From assembly GCF_000007005.1 (NCBI RefSeq), contig NC_002754.1: a stretch of DNA of 64,000 bases; one strand, written 5' to 3'. This document shows positions 44,165 through 55,047 of this stretch, in pieces; position 1 is the first letter of the stretch, and each line of letters starts with the position of its first letter. The position numbers and the translations under genes were made by a program. The notes below the pieces were generated by a model. The model worked only from the letters and a program-made list of their open reading frames with translations. It did no database searches and was not told where the DNA came from. Origin of the DNA: Saccharolobus solfataricus P2. GTDB taxonomy: Archaea > Thermoproteota > Thermoprotei_A > Sulfolobales > Sulfolobaceae.

Positions 44165-45822
44165 ACGATATAATTGTCTACAGCTGTTTTTAATGTCTTC
44201 TTTAATTGTAGATAATAATCAAGCCCATCTACTAATGCCATAACCGAAGCTTCAACTACACTCTTAGATACTCCTTCAGTTCTCCAATTCATTTTATTAT
44301 CAGTAAATTCTATGGTAACTCTAACAACGCTTTCAGTATTCTTAATCTCACTAGGCAATATTACCCTATAATCTATTAGCTTAACTTCACCTATTTCTGG
44401 ATATACTCTCTGAAGTGCCATTCTTAATGCTCTATCTATCGCATTAACTGGACCTACGCCCTCAGCAACTTCAAGCTGAGAATTAACTTTAACAATCCCT
44501 ATAGAAAGACCATTATTTTCATTTATTACCTTCCAATATTCTAGATTTATATAGTTCTTATAAATGTTCAACTCCTTTAATGTTATTAGTATTGCGGAAG
44601 CCGGTCCAACATCAAAACTATATCCTCTAGCCTCTAGTTCCTTAATCTTATTTAAAGCCTTTTTAAGCCTTTCATCTTTCTTATCAACCGCTATTCCTAA
44701 GCCTTGTAAATATGAGACCAGATTAGCAGTTCCAGACAATTCTGAAATTACAAACTTCCTATCGTTACCCACTAATGAAGGATCAACGTGTTCATATGCT
44801 CTAGGTACCTTCATTACAGCATCTACATGAACACCAGCTTTGTGCGCAAAAGCATTATCACCAACATAAGGTTGGTAAGGATTAGGAGGTAATCCTAATA
44901 TTTCATATACTATCCTTGAAACCTCTCTCAATTTCCTTAAACTCTCTTGACCATTTAATGCATTTAATCCCATTTTTAATATTAGCGTTGGTATTATCTG
45001 TATTAGGTCAGCATTGCCAGTTCTCTCGCCAATCCCGTTGATTGTTCCTTGAACATGTCTAGCTCCCGCCTTTATAGCCATTAGAGAGTTAGCAACTGCA
45101 CATCCTATGTCATTATGAGCGTGAATTCCTAACTTAACCTGTAGAACTTCCCTAACTTTCTTGGTTATCTCATAAACCTCAAACGGTGGAGTTCCACCAT
45201 TTGTATCAGCTAAAGCAATTACATCTGCCCCAGCGGACTCTGCAGTTTTTACTACCTCTAGTGCATATTCCGGATCCTCTTTAAAGCCTTGATAGAAGTG
45301 CTCTGCATCAAATATTACCTTAAGTCCATGCGATTTCAAATAATTAATACTATCATATACTATATCTAAATTGTCTTGTTTAGTTACCTTAAGGACTTCG
45401 GTAGCATGCAGTGACCAAGACTTACCAAATATCACAGCAACGTCCACATCCGCTTTCACTATACTATTTAAGCTAATATCTTCCTTTACACTAACATCCT
45501 TTCTTTTGGTACTCCCAAAAGCAGCTATTTTAGCCTTAGATAGTCTGTATTTCTTTATCTCTCTAAAGAACTCCTCATCCTTAGGGTTAGATCCTGGCCA
45601 TCCCCCTTCGATATAGTCTACTCCAAGCTCATCTAAGAGTAATGCTATCTTAATCTTATCATTTAGAGTAAAAGATATATTTGCTCCTTGTGAACCATCT
45701 CTTAATGTTGTATCTAGAACCTCAACAGATTTCTTGGACACCGAACATAGGTGAAAAATAATGGGGAGGTTTAAAAGCTTTAATGATAATAATAGAAAAT
45801 CATATTTCATTTTTAGTGCCAT
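44161..45822 (-). CDS. cimA: Citramalate synthase / 2-isopropylmalate synthase family (true start probably about 27 codons in)
   Basis: DTTLRDGSQ, FDAEHF, HAHND, AFAHKAGVH, C-terminal regulatory domain. Confidence 0.82.
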   Translation of the reverse strand: MALKMKYDFLLLSLKLLNLPIIFHLCSVSKKSVEVLDTTLRDGSQGANISFTLNDKIKIALLLDELGVDYIEGGWPGSNPKDEEFFREIKKYRLSKAKIAAFGSTKRKDVSVKEDISLNSIVKADVDVAVIFGKSWSLHATEVLKVTKQDNLDIVYDSINYLKSHGLKVIFDAEHFYQGFKEDPEYALEVVKTAESAGADVIALADTNGGTPPFEVYEITKKVREVLQVKLGIHAHNDIGCAVANSLMAIKAGARHVQGTINGIGERTGNADLIQIIPTLILKMGLNALNGQESLRKLREVSRIVYEILGLPPNPYQPYVGDNAFAHKAGVHVDAVMKVPRAYEHVDPSLVGNDRKFVISELSGTANLVSYLQGLGIAVDKKDERLKKALNKIKELEARGYSFDVGPASAILITLKELNIYKNYINLEYWKVINENNGLSIGIVKVNSQLEVAEGVGPVNAIDRALRMALQRVYPEIGEVKLIDYRVILPSEIKNTESVVRVTIEFTDNKMNWRTEGVSKSVVEASVMALVDGLDYYLQLKKTLKTAVDNYIV

Positions 45823-46339
45823 AATGCTAATAATCTTTTTAATAGCATTGACCCTTTTGTTAGAAATCCCAAACTATTTTCCAAATTATAAATATATTAG
45901 CCTTGTTTACAAAAGCAATCTCAAAAACGTGGAAATATCACCCAATTTGGGTATAAATATCGCAAACGTCACTATAAATGATTTTAATAATACGTTAATA
46001 GCATTTACTACAAACACTTCTACAACTAATATTTCAGTCATAAATGAATTTGGCAAGACCATTATTAACCAGCAAGGGTACATAGGAATAAAATTGCAAA
46101 ATGGCTCTTACAAGGTATTTCTGATAAATACTGGACGGAATACTGCATATTTAACCTTTGATTACGGTGTGTTTAACTATAATATAGTTTCTTCATTTTA
46201 CTCATCTCTAGGTTTACTTAAAGTAATCTATGAAATTATCATGGCAGGAAGCCTAATAATAGGTTTGTATTCGATTATCAGAGGAATAAGTAAAGGAAGT
46301 AATATTAGTAAGAGGTTAAGGCTGAGAAAAAAGAACTGA
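45761..46339 (+). CDS. Hypothetical membrane protein with Asn-rich external domain
   Basis: N- and C-terminal TM helices, multiple NxS/T sequons. Confidence 0.65.
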   Translation: MGRFKSFNDNNRKSYFIFSAIMLIIFLIALTLLLEIPNYFPNYKYISLVYKSNLKNVEISPNLGINIANVTINDFNNTLIAFTTNTSTTNISVINEFGKTIINQQGYIGIKLQNGSYKVFLINTGRNTAYLTFDYGVFNYNIVSSFYSSLGLLKVIYEIIMAGSLIIGLYSIIRGISKGSNISKRLRLRKKN

Positions 46340-47137
46340 TTTAAGCCAAATCAATACATCAGTTATGAAACTAGGTCCCATATGAGCTAAATAGTCACCT
46401 TTAGTGAAAATCAGACGCTTATTTAGTAGTTGAAATAGGTCTCTTTTTCGTAAAATCGAATAAAATCTCTCTTTTTCGTAATCTGTAAGCCTTTTTGGTT
46501 CATAAATTATAATATCTGGATCTCTCTTTAAGATTTCCTCATCTTTGGGCGTGAAATAGGCTTCGGAAATATCGTCAAAAATATTAGTACTACCTAACAG
46601 TGAAATTCCATCACTGATATGAGTTGGAAAACCTACTGTTATAGGTCCACCTAGATCAAGTTCAATATAGACCTTTATCTTTTTCTTATAACACCTAGCT
46701 CTAAGTCCATCTATAACGTTATAAAGACTATAATATAATTCTCTAGCTTTTTCATAGACTCCTAAAACGTTTCCAATGAGTAAAACGTTATTTAAAATGC
46801 TTGCAATGTTAGTGGGGACTGGTAAGGGATATACGTTAAAACCTAAACCAATTAATTTTCTCGTCAATTCCTTCTGCGCTCCTGCAGTAGTGAATATTAT
46901 GTCTGGATTGATTTGCTTTAAAATATCGACATTAACGTGAGTATAACTACCTATTTTTAATGTTCTTCTCGCATCTTCCGGTCTATAACTAAAGGCATCT
47001 GTGGCCTTAACCTTTTCTCCTAAGCCTAAAAGGAATATTATCTCCGTAGAAGCAGGATCTAGACTAACTATTTTGGTTATTGGCCTTTGAATTTTTATAT
47101 AATCATCTTGTAATGGATTATAAACTCTTACACTCAT
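46316..47137 (-). CDS. Cobalamin/Fe-siderophore binding protein (BtuF-like), no obvious signal peptide
   Basis: KIVSLDPASTEIIFLLG, NPDIIF, DPDIII, HMGP. Confidence 0.75.
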   Translation of the reverse strand: MSVRVYNPLQDDYIKIQRPITKIVSLDPASTEIIFLLGLGEKVKATDAFSYRPEDARRTLKIGSYTHVNVDILKQINPDIIFTTAGAQKELTRKLIGLGFNVYPLPVPTNIASILNNVLLIGNVLGVYEKARELYYSLYNVIDGLRARCYKKKIKVYIELDLGGPITVGFPTHISDGISLLGSTNIFDDISEAYFTPKDEEILKRDPDIIIYEPKRLTDYEKERFYSILRKRDLFQLLNKRLIFTKGDYLAHMGPSFITDVLIWLKSVLFSQP

Positions 47138-47170
47138 TTACCAAAATTAATAGAATACGTCCTATTATGT

Positions 47171-48052
47171 TTATTTAACTCCAAGGCAAGTTATAACTCC
47201 GAATGCTCTTCGCACATCCTTTAGTAAAACCTTAACTTTTAATTCTTTAAGCAATGCCTCACAAGAACTTCTCTCATCAACGTCAGAGCCGTATATAATA
47301 TTAGAGTAATAGTATTTCGTAATTTGATGTAATTTCTTATCGTTTTTTAATGAAGAAGGAACTACTATATAATCTATTCTATCGTTTAGAATATAAAGTG
47401 ATTTTAAGGTCATCCTTAAGGAATAAACAAGAACATCTAGGGGAGTAGATTCTAGATACCTTATACCAATGTAAATTCCAGAAGGTATTAAGTATAGTCT
47501 ATTACTGCTCTTATCTTCCATACTATCAACATTTTCAGAAATTATTAAATCCGCTTTTGTCTTATGGTCAACTAATGAGTATCCATCATATAATATATAA
47601 TTGCCCTTATAAGAGTCCACGTAGACATTAACCTTTCCTTCAGTTACCAGTTTCTTATTTAGGGAGTTCACAATCTTGCGATCATAGCCATAAATAGAAA
47701 ACCCATTAAGCCAGCTAAACTCTTCTACACTATATAATCCCTTAACTCCGGTAGATGTTGTTAAGACTAAATTCGCACCTAAGGAGTCAGCTAAAAAACT
47801 GGATATTAAGGAACCACCTGAATGTTCTTTTGTCAACGGAATTACAGAACTGCCGTCTGGTACAACGTTTATTATAATTTTATTATGAAACTTTGCAAAA
47901 TACTTCCTTATGGTATTATTGATAGAATTAACAGAAATTATAATATCAGGGTCATTATAGACGATCCAATATCCAAGTTCACTGAACAATCCCTTTATTT
48001 GCTTCACCAGATCTTTATTAACACCGTTAACTAGAATCCTTGATACATACAA
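47171..48052 (-). CDS. CbiG-like protein
   Basis: V.PDGSSVIPLTKEHSGG...LADSLGANLVLTTST resembles the CbiG N-terminal domain. Confidence 0.6.
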   Translation of the reverse strand: MYVSRILVNGVNKDLVKQIKGLFSELGYWIVYNDPDIIISVNSINNTIRKYFAKFHNKIIINVVPDGSSVIPLTKEHSGGSLISSFLADSLGANLVLTTSTGVKGLYSVEEFSWLNGFSIYGYDRKIVNSLNKKLVTEGKVNVYVDSYKGNYILYDGYSLVDHKTKADLIISENVDSMEDKSSNRLYLIPSGIYIGIRYLESTPLDVLVYSLRMTLKSLYILNDRIDYIVVPSSLKNDKKLHQITKYYYSNIIYGSDVDERSSCEALLKELKVKVLLKDVRRAFGVITCLGVK

Positions 48053-48093
48053 CGCATATAATTATTTTAAAAACACCTTTTTAATCTTAATTA

Positions 48094-48804
48094 TTAAATT
48101 GGAAAGCCTATAATCAGCGACATTATATACCCTGCTAACATAAAAGGAATTACTGGGATACCCCAAGCTACCCATATGTACGTATCTGCTGAAATTTTAC
48201 CTTCATTGACTAATTTTGAATAAAGCTCTCGCCAATACTTATCGTCTTCCTCTACTGAAAAATAGTCTCTCAACATTATTGAACCATCTTCCTTTACTTC
48301 AGTTAAAGGAAATAAAAACTTCGAGTTAATAAAGTCCCTTATCTTGATTCTCTTAGCAGATAATGCCAAAAGAATTTTCTTAGAAAAGGGAAGATTTCTA
48401 ACATATTTATACTGTTTAACAAAATTTATTAAACTAAATATAAGAATTATTATTGATGAATATAGTACTATAACTAAAGGCTCTAGACCTATAACTAAAA
48501 AACGACTAGGAACTAGGGAAATAACCGAAGCGTTGGCAAGACTAAGTATAACGTTTAAAAATAGATCAGCACCACCTAGTAGGGAAAGCTTATACAAAAT
48601 TAAGAATAGGAGATTCGTAATTATGAACGAGTATAAATATATAGGAAGAAACAAATTGTGAAAACTAAAAATTATAAATAAACAAAGAGGAGAGTAATAA
48701 ATCCATATTTTTGGATCAACCTCTCTATATTTAAGATCTAGAATAGAAGTATGAATAAGCATTATGATGGAAAGGAAAATTTGGATATAATATATAACGA
48801 TCAC
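48094..48804 (-). CDS. pibD: Class III signal (prepilin/prearchaellin) peptidase PibD
   Basis: LDLKYRE and LGGAD catalytic aspartates, C-terminal VAWGIPVIPF. Confidence 0.9.
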   Translation of the reverse strand: MIVIYYIQIFLSIIMLIHTSILDLKYREVDPKIWIYYSPLCLFIIFSFHNLFLPIYLYSFIITNLLFLILYKLSLLGGADLFLNVILSLANASVISLVPSRFLVIGLEPLVIVLYSSIIILIFSLINFVKQYKYVRNLPFSKKILLALSAKRIKIRDFINSKFLFPLTEVKEDGSIMLRDYFSVEEDDKYWRELYSKLVNEGKISADTYIWVAWGIPVIPFMLAGYIMSLIIGFPI

Positions 48805-48811
48805 GGCAGGA

Positions 48812-48855
48812 AGTCCCCCTCATACAATACCCTTCTTCGGGGCTGTCAAGGGACT
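48812..48855 (-). promoter_or_regulatory. K-turn hairpin immediately upstream of the pibD start codon
   Basis: AGUCCCUU-GA / UAU-GA-GGGGGACU: 8-bp helix, tandem G.A pairs, 3-nt bulge, CAG/UUG plus CCC/GGG second helix. Confidence 0.55.
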
Positions 48856-49774
48856 AGATACCCCATAGTTTATAATAAATAATATAACATATAATAAATC
48901 TTGTGCGATATACAGTTTCACATTTGCCATTACAATTAATATTGAAACATAAGCTATAAAATTTATGACTTTCCTTTTCTACCGTAGCAGTTGTTCTACT
49001 TTAACGTAGCTTAAACATTTTCATCAGACCCGGTGCACCTCCTAAATGATTTTCAATGAACTTGAGGAGCTCCTCCACGCTCTTCAGCTTAAGGGACCCG
49101 ATCAGGTCCCTTACCGCGTTGACCACCATCACGAAGAGGAGCAGGTAACCGTGAAACCTTTGCCTCTTGAGGAAGGAGGAGTCCTGCATGTCCAAGGCCT
49201 TCACGTCCCTATGCAACTTCTCTATCTCCCACCTGATCTTCCAGGTAACCTCGATCATCTCGTCCTCCATGTTCAGGTCCGTGGTGTAAAAGTTGAGCCT
49301 GCTATCTTTATATTCCAGTACTAACAACTTTACTGTAATGGTATGGTCTCCCATGATCAGGTCAGCCAAGTAAGATCCGGGAGGAAGATCCCCCACGTCA
49401 GTATGGGAATCTCATTTTTCTGATATAAATGATAATATATGTAAGATTGAACCGCACCAGTTTTATTCAAATATAACTGCATATATTTTATGAAAATGAC
49501 AGTTAATAAGTCAGTTTTCAATAGCATAATATAAATATATAGAATTAATTTCACGTAGCTGGAAGGAGGTGCATAGGGTTAGCTGGAGTCTAGGGGAATG
49601 ACGTCTTCACTTCACGGAACGCGCGTTCTTGTTCCACTCTTACCTCCCGATCGAGGAGATTCGAGAGGGAGACCGAGAACTCCCACAACTTTACCTTCCT
49701 CTAAGAACGGATCAAGAACCAGACATTCAAGAGAAGATAGGAAAGCAGAACGAGAACCAGTTCCTTCCTCACGT

Positions 49775-50987
49775 GACGTTATCCAAGTTGATTAAAATGG
49801 CAATTCATGAGTAATATTAATAAGAAATTAGGATGAGATAATATTATGGTAAAGGCAATTTCAACTGAAAAGGACCTCTTGCTCAAGGTAGATAAATCCT
49901 TCCCTTGGGAAACGTTTAGGAGTAAGCTTAAGTCCCTTTACTCCAAGAAGCCCAAGTGGAACGTCATCTCACTCCTCAAAGTCCTCCTAATCAAGCTCAT
50001 TTTCGACATCTCCTGGAATAACTTGGAGGGAGAAATTAGGGACAGTAAGAGGTTTATGGACTTCTTGGGCGGGAAAATTCCACCAAAGAGCACAGTATTC
50101 TCCTTCTACAAGAAACTTCAACAAACAGTTATTCAAGAAGGCGAGACGATGAGAACAACACTAATGGATGAGTTAAACAAGGCTTTGGACAAGGTGATCA
50201 GCGAGTATAGGGAAAAGGGCTTTGAACTTGAAGTTGGGAGAGAAAAAACGATAGGTTCTAGGACTACCACATAATTGACACATTCTTCCGTGAGGCCTAC
50301 CCAGGAAAGAGGAGTCTTCAAAACGGTCTTGAGAAGATCTCACTTGACCTTAAGGAGATGGGGTTCAATGACGTTTTTCTCCTCATGGGTTATACTACTT
50401 CCAAGCTCAAGAACTTCACAGCCTTTAGGAAGTATAAGGGTAGTTGGGGTAGGAAGCACGGTAAGTCCTACTTCGGGTTTAAGGTCTGTAACCTTGTGGA
50501 AAGGAGGACTAATTTCGTTAGGGGCTTCAAGGTTGGATTGGCTAATTTGAGTGATCTAGCCTTTTCATTTGATAACGTTAAGTTAATGGCTGATAGGGCT
50601 TGGATTTCCAGGAAGGACGTCTTAGTTAAGGGTGTTGGTAGTGCTAGACTTCCGGTTGAGGGTAGTGGTGTTAAGATTAGGGAAGGTAAGGCTTCGTCTA
50701 CAACCTTAAGGGGAGTGGTTATGGAGGTATTCTTCCTTAACCTCTATCGTGATCTCGAAATTCTTTCGACGAGGATTAGGACGAAGGTACTCGTTAATTA
50801 AACGAGGTTCGTTTACGTGTTTACTTGTTGTTATGATAAATTTTATTGCAAAACTGTACAATTATCTGTATTTTCCCTTATTAATACATATTATATTATT
50901 TTTTATACTTGAATATAATGAAGAATAGTATAATATGAGACGTTGTAATTATAATGGCTTTTAATTTTGCTCAAATCGGACAACGTC
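49775..50987 (+). mobile_element. ISC1212-like IS (innermost, 1213 bp)
   Basis: Ends GACGTTATCC and GGACAACGTC; flanking ACGT at 49771-49774 and 50988-50991. Confidence 0.8.
49846..50801 (+). pseudogene. Frameshifted IS5-like transposase (49846-50274 plus 50262-50801)
   Basis: First ORF has a DUF772-like N-terminus; second frame carries IIDT, YFGFK and MADRAW; one-base frame offset. Confidence 0.7.
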
Positions 50988-52658
50988 ACGTCACAAGTCC
51001 TAGTCCTGACCCTAAACTCCTCAAGAGAGCGGAAGGCGTTCTCTATCCCCCACCTCTCCCTGTACATCTCGGCAAGGACTATGGCATCATAAAGATCCAT
51101 CTCCTTCCTCACGAGGAAGGCAATAATCTTGCCGTCTTCCTTCCTCAGGATAATGAGATAAGCTCCACTCCCATGTCTCACGCAGAGAAATCCAGTATAT
51201 CTAACTCCGCCAAAACTCACATCCACATCTTGCAACATCCCCTTGTACTTCTTGTACATCTGGGCCTTGGCAGATATGACGAAGTCCAAGCCCAACTCCA
51301 AGAGGTATCTAATCACTTCGTTCACCGCGAACTCCCTGTCCGCGAAGACTATGACGAGCCTCAGCTTGTCCTCCTCCAACTCCTTCACAATTACCTCCAT
51401 CACCGCCTTGAAACCTTCAGCTACGTTCTTCACGGTCACTGGGATCACGTCCAAGAAGCTCCTCGTCCTCCCCAGGAGGAAGATCGCAGCTTGAACCAGT
51501 CCCCACGACGTCCCCTTAGTTGGCTTTATCCTACTCAAGAAACTCTTGTCAGCGTGGTATTGAGGTATGGCATGGAAGTCCACTGCTACCCTCCTGTCCC
51601 TGACTCCCCTTAACGTCATCCTCCCCATCTTCCTCAACGCATCCCTCACGTCCTCAACTTGAACCGCGTTCAACTTTCTCAACGCTCTTCTCCCATCTTT
51701 TCCCAACCTGCTCAAGTAGCTCCCACTTGCCTTAAGCAAGGCACTGAGGAGTTCCTCAGGGAAAAGTATTTTAGTGAGGACCGAGTAAATTATCTTGAGG
51801 GCGGACCTGGCGAAGTCCCGGTTGAACTTCGCCGGTTTAGTTGTATTCTCATGTTTCATATGTTCAAGTCCGCCCTCGTATATACAAACTTTTCTACAGA
51901 AATTCTCATCCTCTCAACTTTTTCTGTATTTCATTCATCTCGTTTTTTACGCAAAAAATGAGATTCCCATACTGACGTAGGGAAACGCCCCAACCAAGTA
52001 GCTCCTTCCGGTACCTAAGTCGTGCAGGGCCACAGTGAGAATCTGCATGCTGGATTCAAACCTCTTGTGCATGGAGCACCAGGCGAAGTAGTTCCCGTGC
52101 TCGCTGGCCACGTCCTCCACCCTGGCGTAGAGCTTGTGGTCGAAGGTATCGTCAATTATTGCCACGACCGGCCCGACCATCAATGTCCTCAGAGCCTCCA
52201 AGTACTTTCTCCAAGCGTCCTCCAGCTACTCCAGCGCCTTCAATAAGTTCGCGTAGTTCAGCCCGAACGAGATGGAGGCGTTCCTAATGCTGGTCCTTCC
52301 TCCGATCAAGGCCATGAGCGCTAAACCCAATGCGACCTTCCTGCTTAACCTCTCCATCCTAAGCGTCCCAACTACGAAATTGAAGACCCTGATGAACTCG
52401 CTCCTTGCGACGTCCAGTTCCTTCCCCTTCTGGGACTTCACAATTTTTATTCAGCCAAACATCAATCTAAAAACTTTTTTCGGTAGTACCATGGACCTAG
52501 TATTACCGAGGGAAAATAGAACAACTGCTACTACCGAATAAAGTTTATCTCTAATCCTATAGTTAATCTATCAACACCTTACCGTAAACGCTACGAAATA
52601 GCCAATATCCCGTAGAAACCTTTAAAAAGTTAAAGAGAATTCAAATTTGCTAGTAAAA

Positions 52659-52733
52659 GGGCCCGTCGTCTAGCTTGGTTAGGACGTCGCCCTCACACGG
52701 CGAAGATCCTGGGTTCAAGTCCCAGCGGGCCCA
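52659..52733 (+). tRNA. tRNA-Val(CAC), intact, integration target
   Basis: Cloverleaf GGGCCCG...CGGGCCCA; anticodon arm TCGCC-CTCACAC-GGCGA; upstream AAAAAGTTAAAG promoter. Confidence 0.96.
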
Positions 52734-52734
52734 T
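52689..52734 (+). repeat. attL, 46-bp direct repeat
   Basis: GCCCTCACACGGCGAAGATCCTGGGTTCAAGTCCCAGCGGGCCCAT, identical to 60160-60205. Confidence 0.97.
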
Positions 52735-53062
52735 GTGGGGGATACCCCCACACCCCCACTGCTATCTTTCAATTTTTCGTATGTTTCAACCACGTCAGCT
52801 AAAGGACCAACATAAGTTTCCTTTACCTCACCGTTTATCGTTTCCAATTTATAGACATAATACCGTCCTTTTCTTTCCCGTAAAATTATATTTTCACATT
52901 TAAAAGCGCGGGTTAATCCCATACTCCTACCGCTTTTTTTCCCATTCACTTTTTCACCCGTATTATGGTTTTCCGGATTTCTTTTTAAACTTTGGCAACT
53001 CCTTAATTTTTGCCATAAAATCACGGCGAATTGAAAGAAGACGGCAAAGATTCCTTAATTAC

Positions 53063-53225
53063 GCAAAAAATCGAATTAAAACTCAGTTGTTGAAGAGAAG
53101 ATGAAGTTGTTAAAGAAGAATCAGAATAGTGAAAATAATTCTAAAGAGATGAAAGTTGAGTGGGGTACCCACTCAACTTTTAGCAATGACAAGCAAAAAA
53201 TTGAATTAAAACCCAGCTGCAGCTG
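53063..53225. other. Candidate plasmid origin: hairpin flanked by direct repeats
   Basis: 13-bp perfect stem at 53152-53180; 27-bp repeats at 53063-53089 and 53193-53219 (3 mismatches); non-coding region downstream of rep. Confidence 0.5.
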
Positions 53226-55047
53226 AATAAAATTGGATTTAACACGGGGGGTTTGGGGCTGACGTAGGCGTTAAATTATTTCAATTAATTTTTGATAATA
53301 TGAGTGAAATATACAATAACTCTGAATTTTGATAAGCACGGCGGGAATTAGGTTACGAAGTCACATTTTCTTTATATTATTATTTAACACAAAAAACACG
53401 CCGTGTTATAGGGTAAAAAAAGAAAAATTGAGTGACTTTGTAACCTTAAATGTACATGACAGTATAAAAATTCAATTATAAAAAACTAAACCCCCGTGGT
53501 TGGATAGATATTTCCCATGCATCTATACCACGGCTAAAACACATGTTCTTCTTCGTGCAGAAATCTATAAACACATTAGCCTTTTCAGTACTTCCGAAAT
53601 CCCTGACCAGATCAGCGAATTCCTTAATCATGTGATTGTTCTTCAAGATGTAGTTAAGGAATTCCCCATAATCACCACCCGTGGTTTCATTTGTTTGTAC
53701 TGTGTTAATTTTGATACCTACTACTGCTCTGAATCTCTTTCCTTCTACGTTTTTCATTACTACAGTTAAGTTGAAATAGTCCCTGAGTCTTCTCACGAAA
53801 CCTTTATACGTTGTGGCATTATAGCCATTCGTAGAACAATACTCCAGATACATTCTGTACAATTCTTTGACTCTAACATAATCATCAGCGTTTTTAGTTA
53901 TCATAATTTCACCGTGCTTTAGCTTCTCTTTCACAAACTTGTACACATAATCAATTGTTGAAAGCCATATTCCTCTAACCTCTTCCTCTGTCTGCTCAAA
54001 GTCAAACTTCCCATGTAACAACACTCTACTAAATGCCAAAATTGAAACCGTTAGAATACCCTCTAACTCATCTTCAGTGAATGTTTTATCCCCCCACGCC
54101 GTGTTGTCTTCAAATTGGTTAGGAAATTCGATAATCAACCATCTGTGCCAAAATGCCATGTCGTTTTTATCTCTTATTGTTGGTGGCTTATTTGATGCAA
54201 TAACTAACTTTGCGTAAGGAGTGAAAGTTATAGGGTCTTTGAACTTTACATCCGCCGTGATCCGATCACCGCCCGTTAGTACCTTAAGAGTATCCATATC
54301 GTCTAGGTTGTACTCCTTTGTTTCGCTTACAGCATTAACCAACTTATGGTATAATTCAGCTAACACGAATCGATTTTTATCTCCAAATAATATATGTAGT
54401 GGAATATTCACTACATTACCACGCCCTAGTAACTTCTTTATTAGATTGATGAAAGTGGATTTGCCGGTGCCTCTTGGTCCTAAAATCATAAAGGCTTTTC
54501 TAAACTCTATCTTTGGAAATAATGTATAACCTATAATTTCAAACAATGTAACCCATTTCTCATTCGCCCACTGTTTGAACACTTCCAGGCTTTTCGGACA
54601 CAACCGCCGTGCTAAATCTTCTATCAAATCTATTGGTATATCACGTGCGCTAAGAACTTCTTCATTAATTTTGACCAACTCTTCCAGGTGAATCTTATGC
54701 GGAATATAATGAAATGCGAAATGTTCTGGTGTTCTTTCCTCAGCAAGAACAAAAGATGGTACATATCGCCCGTGCGATATCTTCCACTCTAATGTGCAAT
54801 TGGGAAACGCCACGCGTAATGGTTCGTTTGGTAACGGTATTAATGTCTTATCTTTGATCTCATCTACTACATTATCGATAATTGTTTTGCTTATCACATA
54901 CGGCTTTAGCTCATCATTAGCTAAATCAGTATAATATTCAAGTAACGCACGTGCTTTTTTCCTCAGTCTGTTCTCAAAAGGTTCAAAGATTCCCTTTTCC
55001 TTATTCCATATGAAAATTCCTATAATCGCATCTTTTAACCCCATGTC

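Larger units (their letters stand above)
49701..51859 (-). pseudogene. ISC1359-like transposase split by the nested IS
   Basis: VAVDFH, FADREF, YRERWGIENAFR motifs; frame rejoins as RTCD-VRKELVL across the nested element. Confidence 0.8.
49399..51974 (-). mobile_element. ISC1359-like IS (middle level)
   Basis: 21-bp TIR CAGTATGGGAATCTCATTTTT; flanking ACGT at 49395-49398 and 51975-51978; 2576 minus 1217 (nested element plus TSD) = 1359 bp. Confidence 0.9.
49001..52441 (-). pseudogene. ISC1217-like transposase in three pieces (52441-52226, 52225-51975, 49396-49001)
   Basis: In-frame TAG at 52226-52228; IIDDT and RWEIE DDE motifs; frame rejoins as PY-V-GDLPPG across the inserted IS. Confidence 0.8.
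48985..52530 (-). mobile_element. ISC1217-like IS (outermost), interrupted and internally shortened
   Basis: 14-bp TIR TAGCAGTTGTTCTA at both ends; 6-bp TSD CTACCG at 48979-48984 and 52531-52536; only 966 bp remain after removing the inserts. Confidence 0.85.
52650..53024 (-). pseudogene. Integrase N-terminal fragment int(N), SSV type
   Basis: [16 protein letters not shown]...ETYVGPL; reads through att as [15 protein letters not shown]. Confidence 0.9.

Noticed and set aside
50238-50274. Programmed -1 frameshift at AAAAAAC in the ISC1212-like transposase
   Set aside because: The A-run is not in the X XXY YYZ phase, and a TAG at 50259-50261 blocks the shifted frame; treated as a pseudogene.
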